Virus record (IMG/VR): IMGVR_UViG_3300035670_000022
Location: 1 to 64,000 of that record
Direction: 5' to 3' (one strand)
From: a virus
Length of the DNA stretch: 64,000 nt
Positions 1 to 7,979 of this stretch are shown here, one piece after another (positions within the stretch are counted from its first letter, which is position 1; each line of letters starts with the position of its first letter). The notes beneath the pieces are model-generated. The model was not told the origin of the DNA. It did not search any database and worked only from the letters and a program-made list of their open reading frames with translations. The position numbers and the translations under genes are program-made.

Positions 1-586
1 GTTGTACAACAACTTCAAACACGGGACCCGCATCGGGGCAGGAACTTGTTATCCAGTCGAAGGGAGCTACTGGTAAGGAATCTCCTTTAACGATGACTCC
101 CATCTGAAAACTTTCTTCGTTAGCCCAAGACATTGTGTCTGTATTTTCTACTGCCGTAGGCGTCCAGCTGCTGCGCTGATATAGAACAACGTTGCCGTCC
201 CAGGTTAGCGGGGCGTCTAACGTACCGACAAGATTGATCAGTTCTTTGTTGTTAAGCCCTGCTTCTGTACACTTACGAATAAAACGGAAGAAAGGTTCCA
301 CCGGCATATTCGCATCTTCTAACTCTTTGGCTCGCGTTGTTACATGCTCAAGCCCTTTAAGATTGTCTTTTACGCCTTTAACAATAAACTCTGCTAGTTG
401 GTTGGGCGTGTTGGTATCTAGAACATCAAGGTATTCCTCAAATTGAAGAATACCTTCTTGTTGATCTAAGACGCTGCGGAGACAGTCATATAGGATAGAG
501 TCATCTTTATGTAAGAATCGGACGCTCTTGTTTCGATAGAACGTAATATTCTTATCGCTGATTAGATATTTGATGTCTGTAGGCAT
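1..586 (-). CDS. rIIB-like protein (3'-truncated by window edge; absent from ORF track)
   Basis: Manual translation from ATG at 586 is open to base 1 (MPTDIKYLISDKNITF...APLTWDGNVVLYQR...GPVFEVVVQ). PLTWDGxVVLY resembles the rIIB LPITxDGxFxAYK motif. The 14-bp motif lies just upstream at 611-624. Confidence 0.55.
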   Translation of the reverse strand, partial: MPTDIKYLISDKNITFYRNKSVRFLHKDDSILYDCLRSVLDQQEGILQFEEYLDVLDTNTPNQLAEFIVKGVKDNLKGLEHVTTRAKELEDANMPVEPFFRFIRKCTEAGLNNKELINLVGTLDAPLTWDGNVVLYQRSSWTPTAVENTDTMSWANEESFQMGVIVKGDSLPVAPFDWITSSCPDAGPVFEVVVQ

Positions 587-610
587 ACTGGTTACGTGTT
601 TTGATTCTTT

Positions 611-624
611 TACTCTTCTCTGTT
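611..624 (-). promoter_or_regulatory. Conserved motif A (AACAGAGAAGAGTA), copy 1
   Basis: Exact 14-mer about 25 bp upstream of the ATG at 586. Confidence 0.65.
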
Positions 625-955
625 ATCCTTGTTGCTTTTCCAAGGATTTCTGGATATTAAAGTTATCCAGGATGAACGTGGTCAACTCTGCGATCTGTTT
701 TGGGTCGAGTTGAGACCCTTGTTGTTCTGCTATTTCTGGTAGGCATACTTCCATTAGCCAGTCCTTCATTGAATCTAGTCCTAGCTGATAGTGAGCAGGC
801 AACCACTCTTTGTCTAAGCGGTCATAGACTGCAGAGGCATATTTCAAAAGAAGTTCTTTCCCTACTTTAGTAGCGACCGGTTCTATAACTGCTTTCATGA
901 AGGCAAGACTCATGAAACCAATAAGAGTACCGCTGGCGAAAACTAGAATGTCCAT
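623..955 (-). CDS. Hypothetical protein with N-terminal transmembrane helix
   Basis: 110 aa with hydrophobic N-terminus ILVFASGTLIGFMSLAF. Confidence 0.7.
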   Translation of the reverse strand: MDILVFASGTLIGFMSLAFMKAVIEPVATKVGKELLLKYASAVYDRLDKEWLPAHYQLGLDSMKDWLMEVCLPEIAEQQGSQLDPKQIAELTTFILDNFNIQKSLEKQQG

Positions 956-1012
956 GGTTAAAAAAGAGCAGCTTTAGCTGCCCCTGGTTATGTACGTATA
1001 TCTGCTTCCAGT

Positions 1013-1321
1013 TTACTGGGGCGCTACATCGTACTCGACTTGTACAGTCTTGTTCTTTGGGTGGGGTTTATGGGTTATAAAGTACCCTTTAGAAACATTT
1101 GGATGCATACCTGCAATGATAAGAGGTATATCTCCTTTACCCGTCAGTGTCCAAATTCTTTCTTCTGGGTGATTCTCTACAAAAGTGAGATCCAGTCCGG
1201 TGACGTCGTACATAAACGTCTTTCGCACTTTACGGAAAGGGTTCCGTATAGGGTTGTATTTTTTCTTCCATTCTAGAAAACCTAGTTTCTGGATTATTGT
1301 CATTAGGGCTGAGTAATACAT
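1013..1321 (-). CDS. Hypothetical phage protein
   Basis: 102 aa, co-oriented with neighbours. Confidence 0.65.
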   Translation of the reverse strand: MYYSALMTIIQKLGFLEWKKKYNPIRNPFRKVRKTFMYDVTGLDLTFVENHPEERIWTLTGKGDIPLIIAGMHPNVSKGYFITHKPHPKNKTVQVEYDVAPQ

Positions 1322-1341
1322 TTCGCGTTATTTTAGCAAAT

Positions 1342-2202
1342 TCAAGATTTGGGTGAAATAGGTTTGACTGAGATGTAGTCTGCATATAGATCCTCGGCGG
1401 TGTAGTTATCAAGGTTCTTGATCAGGCACTTTCTAAATATGTTTAGTCCTGAGAGAATGGCGAAGTCTTGATTCTTGCGGCTATATCTCCCGTAAGGATC
1501 TATGGAAGATGTCGCCTGGTCGTTAAAACTAAATTGGGAGTGCCCAAAGTCAATCGCTTCTGGGATGGCTGACATGTTATCTGTGTTTAAGCAGCCATGC
1601 ACAAAACCAACGTCTTCCCATTGCTTCTGTAAAGCAGCGTAGTCAAGGACAATCTGTCTAAAAGACTCTAAGCGATTTTGACAGACCGGATAGTAAACAC
1701 TGAGACTATGCCACAGTTTATCAATGTCTTGGGGGTTGTGTCTGTAAACGTATTCAAACGTCCCAATACGAAAAGGACAGCTTCGACGAATGATGCTGGT
1801 TGCGTTATCTTCTCCGTGTTTATAGACTGCTATTGTGTTTTGCGTACGGATACCTAAACGCTGTAACTCTAGAGAGGTTCGAGCCTCGTTAATTGCAGAG
1901 GTAACTGAGTAGTTTCCCCTACCAAACTTTGTATAAGGTGTAGTAAAACCACCCTTCGCAATGTATACAGATTGGGCATCGTCTGCCACAGGATCTAGAC
2001 TGCAGTCATGGATGATAGCGGATCTGCCATCTCCTAAATCTTGATACTCTCCAAACTGTGTTCCACCATAGTTTAGACTCACCCCTGCTTTTAGCTGAGG
2101 GATAAAGGCAGGAGGTGGTTGGAGGTACACTAAGTTGTCCGTAGGGACGTCGAGCGTGGTTGACGTGGCAAGATTGCCGGGATAAAGACTCGGATACAGC
2201 AT
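1342..2202 (-). CDS. ydiU: SelO/YdiU-family pseudokinase (protein AMPylase), compact form
   Basis: YGGTQFGEYQDLGDGR, KGGFTTPY, FRIGTFE, GFVHGCLNTDNMS..IDFG and DPYGRYS match the YdiU/SelO motifs in order. Confidence 0.9.
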   Translation of the reverse strand: MLYPSLYPGNLATSTTLDVPTDNLVYLQPPPAFIPQLKAGVSLNYGGTQFGEYQDLGDGRSAIIHDCSLDPVADDAQSVYIAKGGFTTPYTKFGRGNYSVTSAINEARTSLELQRLGIRTQNTIAVYKHGEDNATSIIRRSCPFRIGTFEYVYRHNPQDIDKLWHSLSVYYPVCQNRLESFRQIVLDYAALQKQWEDVGFVHGCLNTDNMSAIPEAIDFGHSQFSFNDQATSSIDPYGRYSRKNQDFAILSGLNIFRKCLIKNLDNYTAEDLYADYISVKPISPKS

Positions 2203-2224
2203 TTATGCTTTCTTCTTTTTCATG

Positions 2225-2238
2225 TACTCTTCTCTGTT
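2225..2238 (-). promoter_or_regulatory. Conserved motif A, copy 2
   Basis: Exact 14-mer about 23 bp upstream of the SelO ATG. Confidence 0.65.
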
Positions 2239-2265
2239 TTTTTTGAAACCGACTTGGACTTTTAG

Positions 2266-2284
2266 ATTCTGAACCGTTCAGAAT
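2266..2284. promoter_or_regulatory. 19-bp palindromic operator-like site ATTCTGAAC-C-GTTCAGAAT
   Basis: Perfect 9-1-9 inverted repeat that recurs at 25123-25141. Confidence 0.6.
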
Positions 2285-2496
2285 GTCTTTTTCTTTTTGA
2301 ATTTGGCAACGTATTTTTGTAACTGCTTACCGTCCTTCAAATTATCCTTGACGCTGAATTCTTCGTTATTGAGTTTTCCGTACAGGTCTATAGACCTGTT
2401 GTTATGGATAATTGCTATCACATACCAGTTCTTTCTATAGTGCCATTCCATTTTGACACTGTCAAAATCCAGCGTAACTTCCACTAGCTTATTCAT
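2278..2496 (-). CDS. Small basic hypothetical protein
   Basis: 72 aa with ATG start and upstream purine-rich leader. Confidence 0.6.
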   Translation of the reverse strand: MNKLVEVTLDFDSVKMEWHYRKNWYVIAIIHNNRSIDLYGKLNNEEFSVKDNLKDGKQLQKYVAKFKKKKTF

Positions 2497-2510
2497 AGGA
2501 GTCTCTCTTC

Positions 2511-2699
2511 TTAGAACGGTATTTCTTCCCAGCGGTCGTAGTGGTCATCAAAATATTGATCTCTGTAGCTATAGTGTTTTGTTGGGCAGTGTCCCATATC
2601 AAACCAGCCATGTCCAATCTCATCGTAGAAGAGGTTACGCCCCCACTTCTCCATCATTAGACCCGTCCAGAGATGTAGCGCCCAGATTAACTTGTTCAT
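2511..2699 (-). CDS. Small hypothetical protein
   Basis: 62 aa; fills the gap in the minus-strand gene string and overlaps the upstream gene end. Confidence 0.4.
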   Translation of the reverse strand: MNKLIWALHLWTGLMMEKWGRNLFYDEIGHGWFDMGHCPTKHYSYRDQYFDDHYDRWEEIPF

Positions 2700-3084
2700 T
2701 GTTAGATTCCAGCTTAAGTTTTGTCAATAAGTGTTGGATTTTTTCTGCCGCTTCTAGGTCTATAAAGACTAAGGGCACGTCGTTAGGGATACGAGGTCCG
2801 AAGATCTGCGCAGCCAGTTCGCGGCTGATAGACACGGATTTACCTAATCTGTAAGCCTCGTCAAGTTCAACGTAGGACTTCTTCTGTGGGAAAGAAGCCA
2901 CGACTAGATGTAAAAAGCCTCTATCTGTTAGCTTCTGATGGTCTGAACATAAAGCAAAACCGGTGACCACTTCGCCACCTACATCTGGGACCATTTTTGA
3001 ATCATACATCCACCCAGTTTCGTGGGTTACACCACACACAGGGCAGGCCTGTTTCTCTATAACTGCGTCTATTTTGTTATTCAT
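2635..3084 (-). CDS. Zn-finger-like hypothetical protein
   Basis: CPVCG...LCSDH motif. Confidence 0.7.
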   Translation of the reverse strand: MNNKIDAVIEKQACPVCGVTHETGWMYDSKMVPDVGGEVVTGFALCSDHQKLTDRGFLHLVVASFPQKKSYVELDEAYRLGKSVSISRELAAQIFGPRIPNDVPLVFIDLEAAEKIQHLLTKLKLESNNEQVNLGATSLDGSNDGEVGA

Positions 3085-3120
3085 GGTTTAGTTAAACGAA
3101 TACAATACTTCTAGCTTAGG

Positions 3121-3300
3121 TCAACTGCTTCGACGCTTTAGCTCTTCTTCAATCAACTGCTCGAGTTTAAGTTGTTGGACTGTTTTTGCTGCCAGGTTGA
3201 GAAGATGTTGATACTCTCTAAGTAGATCAGCATACTCTTTCCTACGCAGTCTAGAAATAACGGATGTCCAATCTGGTTTAGTCAGGTTGAAGTTTTTCAT
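3121..3300 (-). CDS. 59-aa helical hypothetical protein (absent from ORF track)
   Basis: MKNFNLTKPDWTSVISRLRRKEY...EEELKRRSS*; its ATG overlaps the TGA of the dNMP kinase gene (ATGA). Confidence 0.65.
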   Translation of the reverse strand: MKNFNLTKPDWTSVISRLRRKEYADLLREYQHLLNLAAKTVQQLKLEQLIEEELKRRSS

Positions 3301-3902
3301 CTACTCTCTGAGTTGAATATTATAGGTAGCGATTGTTTTAAAACTGAAATAGACTCTTCTATAAAATCTTCTGGGGTGTTCGCCTGATTGACTAACTTAA
3401 TGAATTTTACCCCTCTGGACTGAAAGCGCTCTACATTGAAGTAGTTTCTGCTGTCACCTTCAAAGGAGCAGTTCTTTCTGTATAGCTGTACAACGCTGAT
3501 TAGACTTGGATCGAAGTTATGTAATAGCGGCTCTAACTCTTCGTCGAAGCCACCGTCACTTACTAGAAAGACATCGTCTTCTTTCGTGTTACGTCTTTTA
3601 ATTGTCAGAATGAGTTGTAGTCCAAAGAAGTCTTTGCCGTGATTCTTCTTGATATAGTCTTCTGACATTGAGATGTATGCTTGGCGGGGGGTTAACCCTA
3701 TGAACTCACTTAGGGGCTGGTCTTTATATTTTTCGTATGCCTCTGGGTGTTTCTCTGGGGTGTCGTAAACCCGATGCACCATCTGTTTTAGGCTGTAGGC
3801 ATACTTTACGTGTTGCATATTGCCGTAGTTCTTGATCAGATAGTCGGTAAGAGTGTCTTTTCCACTCTTTGGAGGTCCATTAAAGATGACAATCTGTTTC
3901 AT
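3297..3902 (-). CDS. Deoxynucleoside monophosphate kinase
   Basis: P-loop NGPPKSGKDT, TPRQAYI and VSDGGF..E motifs typical of phage dNMP kinases. Confidence 0.85.
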   Translation of the reverse strand: MKQIVIFNGPPKSGKDTLTDYLIKNYGNMQHVKYAYSLKQMVHRVYDTPEKHPEAYEKYKDQPLSEFIGLTPRQAYISMSEDYIKKNHGKDFFGLQLILTIKRRNTKEDDVFLVSDGGFDEELEPLLHNFDPSLISVVQLYRKNCSFEGDSRNYFNVERFQSRGVKFIKLVNQANTPEDFIEESISVLKQSLPIIFNSESR

Positions 3903-3920
3903 CGAAAAATCTGGTAGTTG

Positions 3921-3940
3921 AAAAGCCTGCCGAAGCAGGC
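3921..3940 (-). terminator. Rho-independent terminator closing the Ubl operon
   Basis: Minus strand GCCTGC-TTCG-GCAGGC-TTTT directly after the E1 gene. Confidence 0.75.
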
Positions 3941-3950
3941 GACATGTCCC

Positions 3951-4679
3951 TTAAAAAATTCGCGGTGGAGTCCCACACTCGTACAGCTTACCAGTCTTTG
4001 CCATAGACCAAGATGCCCCGTCATAGTCAAAGAATAGAGGTGCGGTGCCTTCTTTTAAAAGTTGATAGGCAATTTCTAGCGCCATTAAGGCTCCGGCAAA
4101 GTTAGCGTTTAATAACTGAGGTGTAGACACAGCCTCGACCCCACAGTTACCCCGGTTCTCATCTGTAGGTTCAGCATAGTTTTGGATGACATCAAAGGGA
4201 TGACACGGCGCAATTTTACCGGATATCCGCGTATACCATGAGCAGGTTGCTGTGTGATAGTCATTCCCGGGTAGAATCACGGCGTAGTTTAAGTGTGTAG
4301 GCAGGTTATCCAAAGCACGAATGATATCGTGTCGTGCTGCCTCTGAATCAACCCCTGGGATGATTAGAGAATCATAAGGAGAGTCTAAGGCGGCGGATAA
4401 CACGAAAGAGCCGAAGTTATCTTCTCGAACGTATAGCGGATAGGCTGTGGTTTTACACAGACAGCTAAGCCGCTCAGCCAACGCAACTGCTTTGTTTACG
4501 CCTAAATATTTAGGGTCAAACAGTTGTCGAGAGCTATTACTATCTTCGTACACATCACCATCGTAGATATGAACAGCGGGTTTGAATCCTTGGCTGTAGG
4601 TAACCAGTCGGATAATAGGCTCTGCCAGAATTGTGTCTAATCCACCGGCACCACAGAAAAAGATATTAGAGAATTTCAT
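3951..4679 (-). CDS. E1/ThiF-family ubiquitin-like activating enzyme
   Basis: CGAGG Rossmann loop, IYDGDVYEDSNSSRQ, GVNKA, GVDSEAARHDI, candidate catalytic Cys in RGNCG, then PQLLNAN. Confidence 0.9.
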   Translation of the reverse strand: MKFSNIFFCGAGGLDTILAEPIIRLVTYSQGFKPAVHIYDGDVYEDSNSSRQLFDPKYLGVNKAVALAERLSCLCKTTAYPLYVREDNFGSFVLSAALDSPYDSLIIPGVDSEAARHDIIRALDNLPTHLNYAVILPGNDYHTATCSWYTRISGKIAPCHPFDVIQNYAEPTDENRGNCGVEAVSTPQLLNANFAGALMALEIAYQLLKEGTAPLFFDYDGASWSMAKTGKLYECGTPPRIF

Positions 4680-5883
4680 TTGGACTCCTGAGTGAGTTGT
4701 ATAGGTTTAATGCGCTTTGGGGAAGATGCATCTCTAGGTCAAGTTCTTCTGCTAAAGCAGATGCGACTAGAGATACACCAGAAGGGTGACTTAACACGTC
4801 TTTTAATGCCATTTCGAAGTAGCTAAAGTCTTCACACAGTTCCATCATGTACTCTTCGTCGCCTGGCACAAGATCGTAGCAGTGGTCGACGGTAAGGTCT
4901 TTTTGACTTAGTTGTTGTTCAAGACTTTTCTTATACTTACTAACGTCGACATCTGCATTCACCGCCCAGTCAGGGTTGGCATACCAGTCAGCGTAGTCAT
5001 ACCCATCGTCCCAGTAATCAAAGTTCTTATAGGCGTGACTGCGGCGAGATACGTCACTTTGATTTGGTTTTGCAGTGTAATTGGCATAGTTGCCGTATAC
5101 ACCATAAGGGTAAGTGACTTGTCGTGCCGGCTCTTGTAATTTGATGTAGCTAAATACTTTCTCATTTAGCACGACGTCGCTAGTGTCTATATGAATGGTT
5201 TGAGCTTTAAGTTCTTTTTTGTCTACCGTCTTTAAAGAACTTAAGTCAACAATGCGACTGGGGGAGAAAACGTATCTATTCTTGTTTTGGACAATGGAGG
5301 CACATAGGTCTACGGTGTCTTCAGAGATACATCCCATGGTGCAATGGGCTCCTGAGATGTCGGTCTCATCTTTGGTATCTGTTGCAGACCAGAAAGCAGC
5401 CATAGTGTTGTGACTGTGCATTGTGCCACTTACGACCCAGTCTTCAATATCGTAGCTGTCGAATTCCTCCCCTGTAAGAATGTCTACACAGGGTACTCCT
5501 CCTGACTTAGTCCGCGCGGTGCGAACCGTTGCTGCTTGAATGATTTGCATAGGGGCTAATGCCCGCCAACGGTCAATGTGTTCTGTGTGTCGCATCAATA
5601 CGACTAGAACTTCATAGTCGGGTTCTTTAAGCGCAAAAGGCAGTTGAGTACTCTGCGCTCGATCATTACAGTAGTGTCGAAATAGGGAGACTATACCCTT
5701 AAAAAGAGTCAGCGGTATCTTTTCGAAATCTGGTTTAAGGGTAAAGTTGCTTAGCTCTTGAGGCTCATCTTCGCCTTTAGGGTCATCTACTTTTGCGTAG
5801 TAGCTCCCCCAGTAGCGGTTCTCTTTAAGAACATAGAAGCCTTTTTTACCCCGGAAGAATGGTTTTTTTTGCATAATGTTCAC
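4666..5883 (-). CDS. JAB/JAMM metallopeptidase (Prok-JAB-like)
   Basis: Upstream E (YEVLV) and HSHNTMAAFWSATDTKDE = HxH-x7-S-x2-D JAMM motif. Confidence 0.9.
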   Translation of the reverse strand: MNIMQKKPFFRGKKGFYVLKENRYWGSYYAKVDDPKGEDEPQELSNFTLKPDFEKIPLTLFKGIVSLFRHYCNDRAQSTQLPFALKEPDYEVLVVLMRHTEHIDRWRALAPMQIIQAATVRTARTKSGGVPCVDILTGEEFDSYDIEDWVVSGTMHSHNTMAAFWSATDTKDETDISGAHCTMGCISEDTVDLCASIVQNKNRYVFSPSRIVDLSSLKTVDKKELKAQTIHIDTSDVVLNEKVFSYIKLQEPARQVTYPYGVYGNYANYTAKPNQSDVSRRSHAYKNFDYWDDGYDYADWYANPDWAVNADVDVSKYKKSLEQQLSQKDLTVDHCYDLVPGDEEYMMELCEDFSYFEMALKDVLSHPSGVSLVASALAEELDLEMHLPQSALNLYNSLRSPNEIL

Positions 5884-7427
5884 TCCTCGAAGTATGCGTC
5901 ATCGTCTTCGTCATCGTCGTCATCGTCGTCTTCGTCATCGTCGTTCTCTTCGTCATAGTCTTCGTCATAGTCGTCATCATCTTCCTCTTCCACATTTTCA
6001 GCGGAGGTTAGAATGTCTTCGTAAATAGGAGAGTAAAAGCAGCCAGTAGCTTCTCTTAGTTCTTCTAGGTCGACGTAGACTATTTCTCCCTTACTCAAAG
6101 GACTATCGATTGTTGGGAGCTTAATTGCTTTTGTCTTGGTGTTTTGTTTAGGGTATTCTAAAAGCCACAGAATATTGACTTTACTTGTTCTTTCTAGCCT
6201 GTATAGCACCAAACCGCGTAAGCATACGTCTTCGTTACCTGTGACGATGACATTCAGCGGCTCATTCACGTTCTCTAAACAAAGGTGTTTCTCTTGTGCG
6301 GTTTGCAGTCTCTGTTTGGATACGTCGGATATATCGCTGTAGTCTTTGTAGTCTAAGTAATATGCTGTTAATTCTGTTTGGGCTACATTGCACCCAAATA
6401 AGTGTTGGTGATAGTCGTACAATGGATAGGGTATCGGACACCTACTGACTTTAGAGCCATCTTCAAAGACATATTCTTTAAGTGCTTTATTTCTAGCAAC
6501 TTGGTCTTCACCAAAGACTGGATATTGAAGAAGGTTGTTGGCATTTAAGTCTATGTACTTTGTGACCTTGTTCTCTTCATGGCGAATGTCAGCATTAAAA
6601 GGAAGGCTAAAGAACAACTCAGATGCTTCTGACAACATGGTAGGGGGGTACATTGTCCCCCAACATATAGTGGCATCGCTAAACACGTTGGTGATGCGCA
6701 TTCCTTTAAGCTTTCTTTCTGACCGCGCGTCCAAAAGTCCGTAGCATTTACGTGTACATGCTTTTGGTATTGTAATATGTAAGCACGAATACCACGCATG
6801 CTTGGGTAGAGTTATCTTTGTGTATCTTGGCACAGATCTTTCTAATTTGCAGTTATCAGAAGTATATCCGGTACACCAGGGAACAGAATCTAAAATTCGT
6901 TTAACGTCCTGTCTGGTAGCAAGATGGATAGCTAGAATAACTGAGATCTTTTTTCTTATGCGGTCGGATATACCAGACTCCTGTAATGCTCTATGTAGTG
7001 GGAAGTTTGCTTTGATTTCAGGAATCATTAAACTGGCGGCGCAGCACAGCTCTTCATCTGACTTATCCTGCAACGCTGTAATAACAGCGTAATAGAGTTT
7101 ATCGAAGTAGCAATCGTATTCCTTTGGCGGGTCTATCTCTTTTTCTAGATTTATTTCGTCCCATTTTATGGATACAAAATGATAACGGATTTTTTCTGCG
7201 TAACTTAGTGTGGACTTCTTATCTAAGGTTCCACTGTATAACGGACAGTGAACGCATTCATGCTCTATAAACATTTTCTCACTCGTTTCGTCAGTGAGCT
7301 CCACCTCGATAGTTTTTTCTGGGCAAAGTGCGTAGAGGTTTAAATTTACATTCTCAGAGTCGGATGTAGGATTAATCTGTAGGTAGACTTTCTGAGTCTC
7401 TTTTGGAAGTAATTCGACTGTAAACAT
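5880..7427 (-). CDS. Prokaryotic E2-like protein (Prok-E2_D / PRTRC-B-like) with acidic tail
   Basis: TNVFSDATICWG...FFSLPFNAD motif; lies between the Ubl and JAB genes; D/E-rich C-terminus. Confidence 0.7.
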   Translation of the reverse strand: MFTVELLPKETQKVYLQINPTSDSENVNLNLYALCPEKTIEVELTDETSEKMFIEHECVHCPLYSGTLDKKSTLSYAEKIRYHFVSIKWDEINLEKEIDPPKEYDCYFDKLYYAVITALQDKSDEELCCAASLMIPEIKANFPLHRALQESGISDRIRKKISVILAIHLATRQDVKRILDSVPWCTGYTSDNCKLERSVPRYTKITLPKHAWYSCLHITIPKACTRKCYGLLDARSERKLKGMRITNVFSDATICWGTMYPPTMLSEASELFFSLPFNADIRHEENKVTKYIDLNANNLLQYPVFGEDQVARNKALKEYVFEDGSKVSRCPIPYPLYDYHQHLFGCNVAQTELTAYYLDYKDYSDISDVSKQRLQTAQEKHLCLENVNEPLNVIVTGNEDVCLRGLVLYRLERTSKVNILWLLEYPKQNTKTKAIKLPTIDSPLSKGEIVYVDLEELREATGCFYSPIYEDILTSAENVEEEDDDDYDEDYDEENDDDEDDDDDDDEDDDAYFEE

Positions 7428-7438
7428 AAAATATAAAA

Positions 7439-7474
7439 TTCAAGCTGTGTCTCCAAGTAGAGACACAGCTTGAA
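7439..7474. terminator. Perfect 15-bp stem-loop between Ubl and E2 genes
   Basis: TTCAAGCTGTGTCTC-CAAGTA-GAGACACAGCTTGAA, followed on the minus strand by a T-rich tract. Confidence 0.65.
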
Positions 7475-7494
7475 CTGTGAACGGTGGATAAGGA

Positions 7495-7869
7495 TTAGGC
7501 TTTAGAGTTACCTGTAACGAGCAGGTTGTATACCTCTCCTGCTTGGGGGATCGTCGTTGAGTCTACGTATTGACCGCTGTGGCGAAAACGAATACGGGAA
7601 ACGTCGTTGATCCCGAGAGAGTCTGCGGCGCTGGAAAGAATGGAGTGTAGCTCAGTATTGTCGGCTGCAACAACGACCTCTTCGGTACCGAAGATAAGAG
7701 TTACCCCTTCTAGAGGATCAATGCTAGAAACAGCTTCTACATCGTCGCTGAAGTCTTCTTCAAACACTTCTTGGGTAACAGCAACTTCTTCTGCGGCGGG
7801 CTGCTCAACAGGGATATTGCTCAAAATAACTTGGTCTTCTGCGGAAGCGGTTTCGAAAATCGTACTCAT
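7495..7869 (-). CDS. Ubiquitin-like (beta-grasp) protein with acidic N-terminal extension
   Basis: C-terminal ~70 aa pattern VTLIFG/EEVVV/helix/RIRFRHSG/QYVD..TIPQAG/EVYNLLV; first gene of an E2-JAB-E1 operon. Confidence 0.7.
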   Translation of the reverse strand: MSTIFETASAEDQVILSNIPVEQPAAEEVAVTQEVFEEDFSDDVEAVSSIDPLEGVTLIFGTEEVVVAADNTELHSILSSAADSLGINDVSRIRFRHSGQYVDSTTIPQAGEVYNLLVTGNSKA

Positions 7870-7912
7870 AGTTGTAAACCTGGGAATAGTGTAAATACTT
7901 GGTTGATTCTTT

Positions 7913-7967
7913 TACTCTTCTCTGTTTTTACTCTGACTCAGTCAAGCCTTAGAAACAGAGAAGAGTA
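7913..7967. promoter_or_regulatory. Two back-to-back copies of motif A (7913-7926 minus, 7954-7967 plus)
   Basis: Exact 14-mers in inverted orientation, 27 bp apart. Confidence 0.65.
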
Positions 7968-7979
7968 CAAGGGACTGGG

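Noticed and set aside
2266-2284. LexA/SOS box
   Set aside because: GAAC-N1-GTTC spacing does not match the GAAC-N4-GTTC Gram-positive box or the cyanobacterial GTAC-N4-GTWC type.
3951-4679. ThiF as a thiamine/molybdopterin biosynthesis enzyme
   Set aside because: No ThiS/MoaD with GG, no ThiG/MoaE and no rhodanese nearby; E2-like and JAB neighbours indicate conjugation instead.
5758-5958. Plus-strand poly-Ser ORF and the many other short antisense ORFs in the track
   Set aside because: These are shadows of real genes on the opposite strand; here it is the complement of the acidic-tail codons.
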